From: Rebecca billardiae RCC1528
Lineage: Eukaryota > Protista > Haptophyta
DNA: 64,000 nucleotides
Direction: 5' to 3'
Assembly (NCBI GenBank): GCA_965240325.2
Contig: OZ251238.1
Location: forward strand, 1,607,115-1,671,114
Shown here: one piece after another, positions 14,256 through 25,706 of the stretch
Layout of the letters: each line of letters opens with the position of its first letter
Numbering within the stretch: the stretch's first letter is position 1
Position numbers and translations under genes: made by a program
Notes under the pieces: model-generated
Told to the model about the DNA's origin: nothing
Seen by the model: the letters and a program-made list of their open reading frames with translations, nothing else
Databases searched by the model: none

Positions 14256-15632
14256 GCGCAGAAGCACTGTGGACGTTCACGTCGGCCGATGCCCCGCGTA
14301 CCGCCTCTGGGTCCGTCGCTGAGTGCCACTTGACTGGCTCGGCCCGCCGTGTGCCACTGACTGGCTCGGCACCGCCCGCGGGCGCGGCTCCAACCAGCCG
14401 CGAAGCGCACGCTGTAGCGGCCCACTAGGCCGGTAATTGGGAGTGTCCTCGCGGTTGCGGCTCGCCCGGGGGTCACTGCGGCCGGCCACGTCGGCCGACG
14501 CCCCGCGTACTGGCTCTGGGGCTGTCGCTGAGGGCCTCAGTACGCGCTCGGCCGTGCCGTGTGCCACTGGCCGTCGTGGCTCCAGTCGTTGGCCGCCGAG
14601 CTCACGAGTCACGCTGTGGCGGCGCACCGGGGCGGTAGTTGGGAGTGCCCTTGCGGTTTCAGCTCGCCCAGGGTCCACTGCGGCCGTCCACGTCGTCAAA
14701 TGCCACGCACACACGCACACCGCCTCTGGGTCCGTCGCTGAGTGCTACCGTTCCCGCTAGGCCGCCCAGCTTATTCACTCAGTGTGCCACTGACGGACTG
14801 TCTCAGCGCCGCCCGCCAGACGCGACGCAGGCTCGTCTGCTGGGTCAAGCGACCCTGCTCTCGGGCCTGAACTGCGCGTTCCAATGAACGGCCCGACCGA
14901 CCTGCTGGAGGATCAGCCAGCGTCTGTTCGAGAGCTACGCTTGAGGTTGACCGCCCCCTGAGGCGCGCCCTGCTTGGCCGGCCGGACTGCGCAGCTGGCA
15001 CGTTACAGCGCTGGCCAGGACCTTACTGCTCAGAAAGTATGTGCTGGCTCCGGGTCAAGCGACTCCGCCCTCGGCCTCGAACAGCGCGTTCCGATCGGCC
15101 AGACCTGTCTGAGACTGGACGATCAGCTAAAGTCTGTCCGACGAGAGCCCCCAGCATAGGTTGACCTCAGTCTGGGGAGCGCTCTGTGGCGCTGGGTGCC
15201 GCAGCGCGCACGGCAGGCGGGCCGGCCGTGCGGCTATCCGAGATTGTGGGTATGCCTACCCAGCGCCCCGCACCGGTCGAAGCTGCCTTCGCCCCGGCCC
15301 CCCATCGTCCACCTCGTCGTCCTATCTGACTCCGGTGAGCAGCAGCTGCTGAATGCCCAGCATACGCCCTTGCTGCCCGTGCGCAGGAGGCGGAGCCGTG
15401 CGGTGCGCGGTGGCTGGCGGCCGGCTGGCGTCACGCTCGACGTACGTGAGGCGAGTCGGCGGGCAGCCTGCGCACCACGGGCTGGCGCGGGGCGCTGGCG
15501 TGCTACACCGAGATGGGCCGACACATGCGCGCCCACGCCCGCGCTGCCCGAAGCACCGGCCGGATGCACCGCTGGTGCGTTGCCACACTCGGAGGCAGCA
15601 GCTGCCGGCGGTCCGGTGCGGGATGCCATCAC

Positions 15633-17585
15633 TAGGTGGGTCCCTGGCGATTTTCCAGCGGTCTTTTAAACATTTACCGGGTTTTATGGCCGGATTTCTT
15701 TTCGCGCGGGGCGCGGCTCGGGAAAATCGCCGGGCCGCCGGCCGGGGTCCCGATCTGAACGCTCCCGACGATGTCGGAGCGCCTCTCCAGCGCGACCGAG
15801 CCGCCGTGTGTCGGGTAGACTACTGCCAACACCTATCGCGCGCTCCAGCGCTTTGCGCGTGCTCACGGATGGGATCCGTGGTCACACATCCCCCGCCTGG
15901 CACGGGCCGGCATGTTTGACTCTCGCCCGGCTAGACGCGTACAGACAACTTGAATCGATCGGCAGGTGTTCGACCCGTGCCTTCGAGCAGGGTCACTTTT
16001 CGCTACAAGCGGGTCAGGCGACGGGAGGCATGGGTCACCATCAGGCATGTGCATACTCTTGACGCTCCCGCCATCTTGAGCAGCTCTACGCACCGTGAAG
16101 GTGACAATTGGGCTGCGCGCAAGCTGCTCGTGAGAACGCACGACAGCCAGCCCCGGGCTCTCGGGGAGCCATGTGAGCGATTGGCGACTTCCGAGAGGGC
16201 GTGTTTGGTGGGGGTTGGTACCAATAATCGACCAGCAGGCCTGGGATGGGTGCACTGAGGACTTGGGATGCTAAGAAGCCGCCGCGATGTGCATCGAGCA
16301 CGCTGACTTGCCATCCGTGTGCACGATCAAGCGCCAGGAAGATCAGCAGGGCCTTTGACAGCGGCAGCAGGCGCTCAGCGATCCTTCCCTATGCCGAGTG
16401 TGGGCATAATATGCGGTGCTCGAGCGTGGTCGCAGGATATGGGTCCATTCTTGACAGAACTCGGTCGCGTTGACAGGCGCGGGTGCCACCCCACGCTGTT
16501 GCTCCTGCCATCGGGTGGTCCCACTCGTTCCGCTTGTTATCTGCGAAGACTCGTACTCAGCAAATCTACGGCTAGGCGTGGTAGACCCCTCAGACGCATG
16601 TCTGATGATTGCCCGGCACGTTCTCGTCGTCACGTTGGGTGTACTTGAGCGAGCGGAAGCCGCAACGTGATGGCTAGGCCAGCAGCTCAACCATCTGACG
16701 TCTCGCCGGCCAACTGGCTGAGTGCTCTCAGCCTAGCAGCAGCGTCGGGGAACCTATCGTATTGCTGCCTGGCAAGAAGATTGTAGGAGGTATCGTCCAC
16801 GGCATGGGCTGCAGCTGCGGTAGTCGTGGACTGGTGGCGGCCTCACGCGGGTGGGCATACGACGACCGGTGACACGCTGAGTACGAGCACGGAAGCCGCC
16901 GAGCGCGGCAAGCTCCGGCGGTGGCGTTGGCTGATAGTCCAGCCTCGACGGCGGAGGGCTCCCGTGTGACGACGGTGACATGCTCGGTGGCGGGCGATGA
17001 TGCGTGCCTCGGCACGCAGCCCGCCACAAACACTGCCACTCGCAGGCAGTCCCGTTGCGGCCCGGTTTGCCTGTGTCCGCGTCGCTCGGCGCCTATTCGA
17101 TGACCCAACAAACGTACCCACATATCGGAACGAATTTGAATATATAGTGAGCCACATCCATGGTCAATATAAAGTGGGTAACCGTCGTTATATATACGGG
17201 TAATTGGCTATATACAAAGTGGGTAATCTGCTCGATCTTGCTGTAGTTTGTTGGAGGTATCCGCGCACAGCATAGAGCCCCACTCTTTGCTTCATAAAAT
17301 GGTTCGGTCGGGTGTCAACGGTTGCCAATAAGTCATTCCGATCGCATGTCGCCATCTAGCCACCATAACCATCAAGTAACGCTTCGCAAAATCTCTATGT
17401 GACACTAGTGGCGCGGCGCGCGCGCGCTCGGCCGCGCGACGGCACGCGGAGTAGGATTTGAGGTCGAAACTTTTGCTCCGCCCCGATGGGACGCATTTAT
17501 AGCGTCGATTCTGGGTGAGAGACGAAATCTAGGACGCCATTCTGAGTGCGCCAGAATATCGCCCCAGTTGGGAGGGACCCACCTA
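15633..17585 (+). mobile_element. Decayed hAT-like DNA transposon (~1.95 kb)
   Basis: 13-bp TIR TAGGTGGGTCCCT (15633-15645) / AGGGACCCACCTA (17573-17585), with direct repeat CCATCAC on both flanks (15626-15632, 17586-17592). It splits a module that is contiguous at ~4140. The remnant LADSPASTAEGSRV (~16921-16970) resembles the hAT C-terminal dimerisation motif PASSAxSERxFS. Confidence 0.75.
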
Positions 17586-20518
17586 CCATCACGTGCGCGC
17601 GCGCGTGCTCGGCGCGGCGCCAGTGGCGGGCGGGCGGAGGGCGCAGGAGTGCGCGATGGAGTGGCTGCGCTGCTCCCGCGCCACTGCGCGGGGCCACGTG
17701 CGCGCGCTCGCGCGCAGCGCGCTCTCTCCTCGCCAGCGTGCGCACTGCTCGATCGGCGTGCGGTCGTGCCCGAGGTGCAGAGCTTGCGTTGGGCGCGGTG
17801 GCGCGGGCGGGTGCGCACCTGGCGCCGCGTGCGGTATGCGTGCGCGGAGGCCCTCGTGCCCGCGCGACGGCGCGCGCGGTCGACCTGGCATCGCGGGGAG
17901 AGGCGATGGCTCCTGACGATGCAGTCTCGCTGCGAGGCGGCGGGCGCTGCCATCGTCCTCTGCGCCTTTTTCCTTCCCGCGCATTTCGCGACGCTCCGTT
18001 TTGTTTTTGGTTTTCTTTCTCGCCGGCGCGGTCCGCTGTCCACGATGGCCGTCCGGCCTTTTCCGCACGGGCGCACGAGCGCGTCGCCTCGCCGCAGCGA
18101 CTTGGGCGCGGCAAGAGGGCGCGATGGCGCCCTGCGCGGCGGGCACGCGGCGTGCAGCGCGAATGCATCGTGTCCAGCTCATCGCGAGATGGCTCGCACG
18201 CTGCCGTTGCGAAGGCGGGGCCGCGGCGACGGCTCGCGGTCGGCATTGCGCTCGCGTGATGCGGCCGCGCGTGAAGCGGGCTGGCGCACGGCCGGCGCGC
18301 CACGGGCTGGCGGGGAGCGCCGGGTAACACCCACCTGGCCCGTGTCGCGCACGCGCGAACGCGCGCTGCCCACCGCGCCGGCCAGGGGCGCCGTGGGAAT
18401 GTTGCCACGCGCGACGGCCCGGGGGACGGTCGGGACTGGCCGCCCACCAGTCGCGCGCGCGCGCGCGCGCGCGCCCGGCGCGCGACGCGCGAGCGGAGTG
18501 CGCGTGCGTGCGCGAATGGCCGATGGCGCTGCGCCCGCGCCACTGCGCGGGGCTGCGTGCGCGTACCCGCGCGCGGCCTGCTCCCTTGTGGACGGCGTGT
18601 GCACGCACGGCTCTGCATGCGGCCGCGACCGCCGTGGCGCGGCGCCCGCTGCCCGGGGACGGTGGCGCGGGCGGGTGCGCGCCGGGCGCCGGGTGACGCG
18701 TCTTCGCTGCGGCGCGCGCCTCCTCGGCCCGTGCGCGACCGCGCGCGCCTGCAGTTGCGCGAGCGGGCGCGGGCGGAGTGGCGAAGGCGCCGCTCGCGCC
18801 CGGAGGCGATGCCGCCATCGCTCTTTCCACCGGGCTGGCGGCCAGCCGCTGACGAAACGAATAGAAACGAATCCGTGTGGTCGTCTGGGCTTTCTTTTCG
18901 CGGAGCAGCCAGCATGGCTGCCGAGGCGGCGGATGGCACGTTGCTTTTTGTCGTTGGCGCTCACGGCACGCTCGCGGCGGCGCGGCGGCGTGCGGCGCGA
19001 GCGCGTGCTCGCACAGCTGGCGAGTCGCGCGCGGCACCGCTGCTCGAGACAGCGAGTGCCATCGCCGCGCAGCAGCGTCGCGTCAAAGAGCGCCGCAGCC
19101 AAGCGCGCGGCCCGCTGAGTGTAACGGCTTCCTGCCCGCCGCCGGCGCGTGCCGGCGGCGAGCACGCAGGGCTCGGCGCGTGCGCGCCCTCCGGTGCCAG
19201 ACGCGAAGGCATGCGTCTTGGAGGCATACGTCACACGGCCAGCCCCTGTGCCACCGCGCCAGCGTGAGACTCGGCGCCAGTGCTCGGTCCGGCCGGCAGC
19301 CCGGCCGCCCTCAGCGTGCAGTCGGACGGCCTCCTGGGATGGCGGGTTGGGCGGCGGACGAGCGACGAAGGGCGTCTGCTGGCGAGCCTTGGCCGCGCCG
19401 TGTGCGTAGTCTAGCCAAGCAGCCTTCGCCCGCACCCGCGCCCGCCGTCGCCATTTGTAGTATGGTCGCCAGTTGCCGTGCACCCTGCGCACGGCGTGCC
19501 GACCACGCGGCAGCTGCTGGCCTCTGCCTTCCGGCCGGCGAAGTGCGATGAGCCGCGGCGCAGCACGCGGCGGTCAAGCCGAGCGCGAGGCATGGGACCC
19601 CCTGGCTACCCGCACGAGGGCGCACGCGACGACCTCGAGCCACCGATGCTGGGCCTGGGGCAGCGCGCGCTGCCGTCGCGGGCTGTAGTCCATCGCGTGC
19701 CCGAGTGGGCGCGACGGCAGCGCGTGGGGCGGTGCGAGCCAGCCGGGCGACCGCAGCGCGTGCTGCTCGGCGGCGGCGTGGCGGGAGCGCGCCGCGTACG
19801 TGGCTGGCGCCGCGCACTATCTGAGCTGCCCCCGCCCCCGCACCCCCCATCTTCCACCTCGTCCGAGCTGCCTCTAGTGCGCGCCATCACGGCCGCGAGC
19901 GGCCTACGCGCAGCTGCTGCATGCCGCTGGTCGCGCACGCGCCTCACGTCGAAGGCGCGGCCGCCCCTTACAGGGACGCGTGCACGTGGCGATCGAGACG
20001 AGCACACCCGAGCGCGGTCAGCGCGGGTCGGCAGTGGCGAGCAAGCAGAAGAGCAGTCTACATGTTGAACGGCCGCGCACGCCGCGGCCGAGCTCTGCGC
20101 GCAGACTTGGCAGCTGTTCACGCGTGGCTGGCGGGCACCGCGCACTGCGCGGCGTCGTGCGTGCGAGTGACGGAGACGCGAGTGCATTCCCCCAGCAAGC
20201 GCGCTCGGCCGCTCGGCCGTGCGCTCGCGCGGCCGCGCGCGGCCTGCAGCGTTTGCGTGGCAGCGCGGGCCGAGTGACGGGCGGGCAGTGCGCTCGCGCC
20301 GCCGCGCACGATCGCGATCGCAGCGCGTGGGACGTGGCGAGCTGGCCGAGGCGCTTTGGGCGCGCGCTTCGACGGCGCGCGGATCCTCTCGCGCCACACT
20401 GCGCCAGCGGGCGCGCGCACGCGACACAGCCGCCCTCCGGCGGCCGGCCGGGAAGCGGCGCCGCCATGCTGGCTTCCGAGGCCGAGTTGACCTTTCCGGT
20501 TTTCCCTCGCCTGGAATA
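17586..20518. repeat. Further copy of the subtelomeric macro-repeat
   Basis: Colinear with ~4150-6500 and ~1850-2700 (same modules in the same order). Confidence 0.85.
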
Positions 20519-22533
20519 GACCCCTTCAGGGACGGTTACGGCAGCCATGCTGACCCAGACCAGCGCAGGTCGTCTCGGGGTACGCTGGTGGCGTCTCTGG
20601 ATGCCCGGCGAGCACCTTGCTGCGGCGTCGACGTGCTAGCCGACGGGCGTTAAGGACTTGTTGAAGGACTTGGCGCCCGTCTCGGAGGTGATCGGCGTTG
20701 ATGAGCTCGCTGGTAAGGTGTTCGCCGTCGACGCGAGCATCTGGATCCACCAGCTCGCCACTATCCATGCTGATGTGCTCGATGCGGGTGATTATCCAAC
20801 GCGGCCTCTTCTTGTCGCGCGCGCGACGGCCCCATCGCATGGGACTGATTGCACAAGGTTGCCTGCGCGATAGTTTTGCGAGCGCGTCAGACTCGGCTGC
20901 TCGGAGCGATGCTGCGAATACGTGTGCGCGCCTGTCAACAGCGGGGCAATCCTTCACCACGCGACCCTACTGGTTTCTGCGTGGGCAAGACCACACCCAC
21001 CAGTGACATCTGTAGCCTAGCGATCAGCCAGCTGTTCGGCGCGTGCCACGTGGCTGGCGCTGCTGCACCGCGAGCGGCGCGCGGGCTGCGCTGTCACCGC
21101 ACGGCAGCAGCTGTGGCTGCGACACACCGGTCGAGCCGCGACAGGGTGCCTGCTGGCCCATGGCTGCACATGCGCGGATTCGTGCACAGCCAGCGGCATG
21201 CTGCTGGACGGTGCACGCCAGGGTTGGCCCCCACGCGAATATGAATCGCTCCTGGCAGGCTGGTAGCTTTTAGAGATGGACGACAAACTGCGCCGGGCGG
21301 GGCCGCGCTCGGCACCTCGGCCGAGAATCACAGCGTGTCGCCTCACTGCATGTCTCTCACATCCGCACTGGAGGCACAGTGCACGGCCGCCCGCGGAGCG
21401 CCGCAGACAGCCCTTAGAGCAGTGCGGCAGGTGTTTAACAAAACTGAGCAGAGAGCGCGGCAGCACGGCGCCGGATGCACTTACCCCCACGTGCGCGTGC
21501 ACGCCCGCAGTGCGGTCTCACTGAGTGACCTAATTCGCGCCGGAGTGTTAGGCTCCGCGTATACAATGAGCACTACGTAGTTCGGCTGGCACAGGGCAGG
21601 CAGCTCCGCTCACGCCTGACGGGCGGTGATGCCGTGGCGCGGCGCGGCGTGGCTGAGATTTCGATCAATGATAGGAGTAGGCAGCACGCTGATGCTGCGC
21701 CACCGCCGCAGCGGCGTGGAACCCCGCGGTATTACCCACACGAGTGTGCATATAAGCACTACATCACGGCCTGCACAGCAGCAGCGGTAGTGCACGACTC
21801 TAGCTGAAGCCGAGTGTGTCACACCGTCTGTCAAGACTGATGTGTGACGCGCACGACCCCTGAAGTGACGGCACTGACAGTGACTGACGCACACACGACG
21901 ATGAGTAGTAAAATATTCGAGCCGCGCTTTCGCGGATGCACTGATGATGCTGAGTTGGTGCCACTGAGATCATGAAGCGCGAGGCCCCGTAGCATACCCG
22001 CACGAGTGCGCACGAGCTGGCCACGGCTCAGATTCGAGCTGTCCGTTCGGCCGCACGCTCGCAACGGCAATGGCAGCGCGTGCGGCGGTATAGTGGCCCC
22101 AGTGCATGCTACTCGACGGCGCGTGGCGCGAGAGCGTTGCAACGTACCCGGCGCCACGCACCAGCCGAACTGCCCCCGCCCCCGCACCCGGTCTCACATA
22201 CCTCGCCCAACCTGACTCCAGTACGCGCCGTCACGGCCGAACCAAACGGCCGAGCAGCAACTACTGAATGCAGCTGGTCGTGGGTGCGCGTGGTGGTCGA
22301 GACGAGCACACTCGAGCGGGATCAGCGGGCCGGCGGCAGCGCCAACAGTCGCACACGCATCGACCTGTCCCACAGGGCAGGTCGCCCCCTCGTGGCTTCT
22401 GGCTCGGCGAGCTCGGCCGCCGCGCATGCTCACCCTCATGGCCCCCGAGACGCCCAGCGTACCCCGAGACGCTCCTCGAGACGGGCTGCGAACCGACATC
22501 AGCATGGCTGCCGTAACCGTCCCTGAAGGGGTC
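20519..22533. mobile_element. Non-autonomous TIR element (~2.0 kb) with TA target-site duplication, carrying captured fragments
   Basis: Perfect 35-bp TIR GACCCCTTCAGGGACGGTTACGGCAGCCATGCTGA (20519-20553; reverse complement 22499-22533) plus an 18-bp subterminal IR (20571-20588 / 22454-22471). TA at 20517-18 and 22534-35. Removing the element restores CGCCTGGAATATTCGGTTGG, similar to the empty sites at ~2700 and ~8637. Confidence 0.85.
20643..20795 (+). pseudogene. XPG/FEN1/EXO1/GEN1-family (PIN-like) nuclease N-terminal fragment
   Basis: Translates (ACG)GVKDLLKDLAPVSEVIGVDELAGKVFAVDASIWIHQL, matching the XPG-N signature MG[VI]xxLxxxL...GKxxAVDxSIW. The start codon appears mutated to ACG and similarity is lost after ~50 codons. 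Confidence 0.7.
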
Positions 22534-22709
22534 TATTCGGTTGGAATGGGCGGGTCACGCCCGGATTTGTGCAACATCCAGGAGAGCCCGGACGCTTCTC
22601 ATCGATCGCCAGATGAAGATCTGAGATAATTATCGGCGGCAGGTCGGCGACATTCGAGGCTGCCGGGCGGGCCGTCGCCAGCTCGCGGTGGGCGCCGCCT
22701 TTCCCTCCA

Positions 22710-23885
22710 ATGGCGCCGCGCCGACCCGCGAGGGCCCGGCGCCCCGCGGGGCCGAAGGGCGCGCGCGCGGCGGAGGCCGCGCTCGTGCGCGCCGCCCTGC
22801 GCGGCGGCGCTGCGGCGCGCGCGCGGCTGCGCGCGCGCTGGCCGGTGCTCGCCTCCGTGCGCGAGTCGTGCGCGTACCGCGGCTTCGACTTCCACCGGCT
22901 CAACCTGCTCGGCTGGGGCTCGAGCGTGTGGCGCGAGCGCGTGCTCGCCGTGCGCGGCGCGTCGCTCGTGCCGCCGCTGCCCGACGCGTCGCGCGTCACC
23001 GCGCCGCGCGGCGTCGCCGCCACGTCGTGCGCGCCGCGCGGCCGCGGCGGCCCGTACCACGCGCGCGGGCTGCCGATCCGCGGCGTGCGCGGCGGCGGCT
23101 ACCTGCGCTTCTTCGACGCGAAGGGGCGCGAGCTCGGCACGTCCGCGGGGCTGGGCGCGGGGCTGCGCCTCGCGCTCGAGACGATGGGAGTGCCGCGCGC
23201 CGCGCGCGTCGCCGCCGAGCTGCGCGAGCCGCGCACGCGCGCGCTGCTGCGGCGCTGGCTGCCGCGCGGCGACACGCGGCCCATCCGCGCGCTCGAGCTC
23301 GGCGTGCCCGTGCCCGCGTACCGCCGCGTGCTGCGCGGCGTGCTGGCGGAGCTGCGCGCGCGGCTCGGCGTCGCGCCCGCCGACGTCGCGTTCATCGACC
23401 TCGGCGCGGCGCTCGGCCTGACGAGCATCGCCGCGTGGGCGGAGGGCGTGCGCACGTTTGTGGGCGCGGACGTGGCGGACACGCCGTACGCGGCGCTGCT
23501 CGGCGGCGTGTACGGCGCGCGCGCGGAGCTGGTGCGGCTCGACCTGGCGTCCGAGGGCGCGCCGGCGCGCGTGTGCGCGCTCGTCGCGCGCGTGCGCGCC
23601 GAGCTCGAGGCGCGCTCGGGCGGCCGCCCCGTCGCGGTGGTCGTGCACGCGTCGCCGCCGTGCGGGCCGATCGCCGCGGTGAACACGACGGGCGGGCGCG
23701 CGGCCATCGCCGCGGCGCGCACGCGCGGCTTCGCCGTCGTCGAGCGCTTCCTCGACGCGCTCGTCGCGGTGATGGCGCCGGCGCGGCGCGGCGCGGCGCG
23801 CGGCGCGCGGGCCGACGCGTGCACCTTCGAGGAGGTCGCCACGCTGATGCCGTACCTGGTGCGCGCGGCGCGGCGGCGGCAGTAG
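22710..23885 (+). CDS. Circularly permuted C5-cytosine DNA methyltransferase-like protein (391 aa)
   Basis: Strong GC3 codon bias. Motifs in permuted order: VII/VIII GFDFHRLNLLGWGSSVWRERVLAV (~22881-22952), IX LETMGVP (~23175-23195), X IRALELGVPVPAYRRV (~23283-23330), I FIDLGAALG (23391-23417), II GADV, III RLDL, IV HASPPC (23646-23663), VI FEEV (23826-23837). A (TA)n tract follows the stop. Confidence 0.7.
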   Translation: MAPRRPARARRPAGPKGARAAEAALVRAALRGGAAARARLRARWPVLASVRESCAYRGFDFHRLNLLGWGSSVWRERVLAVRGASLVPPLPDASRVTAPRGVAATSCAPRGRGGPYHARGLPIRGVRGGGYLRFFDAKGRELGTSAGLGAGLRLALETMGVPRAARVAAELREPRTRALLRRWLPRGDTRPIRALELGVPVPAYRRVLRGVLAELRARLGVAPADVAFIDLGAALGLTSIAAWAEGVRTFVGADVADTPYAALLGGVYGARAELVRLDLASEGAPARVCALVARVRAELEARSGGRPVAVVVHASPPCGPIAAVNTTGGRAAIAAARTRGFAVVERFLDALVAVMAPARRGAARGARADACTFEEVATLMPYLVRAARRRQ

Positions 23886-24529
23886 CGTCGCGGGCCGTCG
23901 CCGGGCGCGGCGCTCTGCTATTACTATCATCTATATATATATATATATTATTGGGTAGTAACGCGAGCTCCGAGCGTGCCGAGCCCTGCTAAAAGCTCAC
24001 CGGCGCGCACTCGGGCGCGTCGTCGATGCCGTCGCTGAGTTCACTCGCTGCCACCGCGGACGGTGAGCAACCGCTTGACTGCGGCGATTAACCCGCCGGC
24101 GGGCCGATATCATTACTAGTGATATTACTACCGTGGCGGGCCCGCGGCGGCGCATGTGGGCGGGGTTCAGGGCCAGGCGAGGGCGGTCACTAGTGGCGGC
24201 GGTACGGGCGGGCGACCGCCCGGCACTGCGGTCCTGACCGGATCGCCGCGGGCCCCGGTGGCGGCGCCCACTGAGTGCGTCAGCGACCGGCGGGTGCCAC
24301 TGCGAGCGGTCAGCCGGCCCCGGGCACCGTGCTGACTGCTGCTCGCCTGCTCAGGGCCAGGCCCGTCGGTCGGTCACGACGATACTCGACGGTCAATTGA
24401 TCTTCTCAGCATTGGGACCGTATTTCGTCATGTTAGATATGCCGATGACGACATGCTGTATGATATGATATATGCGCGCTGTGCCGCTTGAAGCGTAGTG
24501 ACGACAGAGGGCGGGCGGCGCATGGTCTC

Positions 24530-25216
24530 TCAGCGCGTCTGGGAGAACGGCGCCGTGTCCGCCACCCCGTGGCGGGCGGCCACGCGCCCCTCGTTCACCT
24601 CGCACACCGCCGCCATGAGCGCCTTGAACGCCTTCGCGTGCATGGGTTTGTGGCGCTTCTGTTCGAGCATGGTCTCCAGCTCGTGCATGGTCATCGGCAT
24701 GTGGGGCGCCGGGTACGGCACGGGGCGCGCGAGCTCGATGGCGCCCACGACCGCCGATGCGGTGGGTTTCTCCGGCGCGGCGCCGCGCGTGAACGCAAAG
24801 CCCAGGATCGCGCTGTGAGGCAGGTCGCCGCGCAGCCCCTCGCGCGCCGCGCGCAGCGCCGTCGCCTCAGCCGCGTGCCGCCCGCGCACCGTCCTGTTCT
24901 TGCTCGCGCGGAAGGCCCATGCCACGAGCTCGCCGCTGGGCACGATCTGCGTCTCGCGGCGCTTCTCGAAGCACGCGATCGCGGAGGCGAAGGGCTGCTG
25001 TAGCGGGAAGATGCCACCCACGCGCGCGCCGAACGTGCGGAAGAAGGTCGCGAGGTGCCGCTCGTAGTGGCGCGCCGACGCGAGCTTGTACCGGCGGCCG
25101 ACGACCCCCTTCCGCCGGGGGTTGCGCTCGAGCCGCGCGATGGCGCACTTTGCGGTCCCCATCGCGTTTGAAGTTTGAACCCGGCCCAGTCGCAAACTCC
25201 GAGTGCTTACCCCCAT
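24530..25216 (-). CDS. ASCH/PUA-like domain protein (210-228 aa; likely start at ATG 25162)
   Basis: IFPLQQPFASAIACFEKRRETQ matches the ASCH signature (L)SxxQP[WFY]AxxIxxGxKxxExR. It is followed by LPHSAILGFA (LPxGAIxG) and IELARPVPYP (LxxPIP). Codon-biased, with an AT-rich tract downstream. Confidence 0.6.
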   Translation of the reverse strand: MGVSTRSLRLGRVQTSNAMGTAKCAIARLERNPRRKGVVGRRYKLASARHYERHLATFFRTFGARVGGIFPLQQPFASAIACFEKRRETQIVPSGELVAWAFRASKNRTVRGRHAAEATALRAAREGLRGDLPHSAILGFAFTRGAAPEKPTASAVVGAIELARPVPYPAPHMPMTMHELETMLEQKRHKPMHAKAFKALMAAVCEVNEGRVAARHGVADTAPFSQTR

Positions 25217-25658
25217 ACAGTAGTGGGACTAAACAGGCATGGCGGGTGGTTACGGCAGGGCTTTTAGGAGTGATAGTTGGGGCTTCGGTCCCGCTATGCC
25301 TGTCTGATCATATAGGAAGAGTACGACCGGCAGCAGGATGGCTGAACTCGGACTCCCCGGCGAGTCTGCATCCCGCGGCGCGAGCCTGGTTGTGCGCCAG
25401 GAGGAACGTACAGCGTCTCCCCCACGTGCCTTGCGCCTGCCCACTGTGGCCCGCCTTGCTGGCGGCGCGCGGGCCATCCGACCGAGCCGGGCGACGTAAC
25501 AGGGCCACCTGCAGTGGGGCCTTGGCGGCGCTTCGCGCGCATCGTTCCGAGGCAGCATCCATCTCCCGCGCCCCTGCCGTCGCCATTGGTAGCTCCTCGG
25601 ATGCCGCGTTTATATATATCACGAAGGCCCACTGATGTCGATCTGAGTCAGCACTGTC

Positions 25659-25706
25659 AATCTCGCCTGCCTGAGCTGTGTGCGTCTCTTATTCTTAGTA
25701 AACTGT
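25659..25706 (-). repeat. ~48-bp junction motif, copy 1 (ACAGTTTACTAAGAATAAGAGACGCACACAGCTCAGGCAGGCGAGATT read on the minus strand)
   Basis: Exact reverse complement of 42927-42974. Confidence 0.9.

Larger units (their letters stand above)
1..15632. repeat. Array of decayed, rearranged copies of a multi-kb GC-rich subtelomeric macro-repeat (non-coding)
   Basis: The same modules recur in the same orientation. CTGCGCCTTTTTCC..CATTTCGCGACG is at 1, ~4524, ~17960 and (partly) ~34846. CAGCATGGCTGCCGAGGCGGCGG is at ~946, ~5453 and ~18910. CCCCCGCCCC(G)GCCCCCCATC occurs more than 10 times. Many indels between copies and no conserved reading frame. Boundaries are approximate. Confidence 0.85.

Noticed and set aside
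16246-16670. Possible XPG internal-domain remnants (WDAKKPP, ICEDSYS)
   Set aside because: Matches are too short, lie in different frames, and fall inside the hAT-like element.
1-20500. Dozens of long overlapping Arg/Ala/Pro/Gly-rich ORFs on both strands
   Set aside because: Expected from stop-codon scarcity at very high GC. Frames are not conserved between repeat copies and no domains are recognisable.
23826-23885. Reading the 391-aa MTase as a simple 3'-truncated pseudogene
   Set aside because: Motifs VII-X are recognisable at the N-terminus, so permutation fits better. A GTGCGC donor-like site at 23859 keeps a spliced alternative formally open.
25165-25260. B-box-like GGTTCAAAC on the minus strand (tRNA/SINE?)
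   Set aside because: No cloverleaf or A-box could be built.
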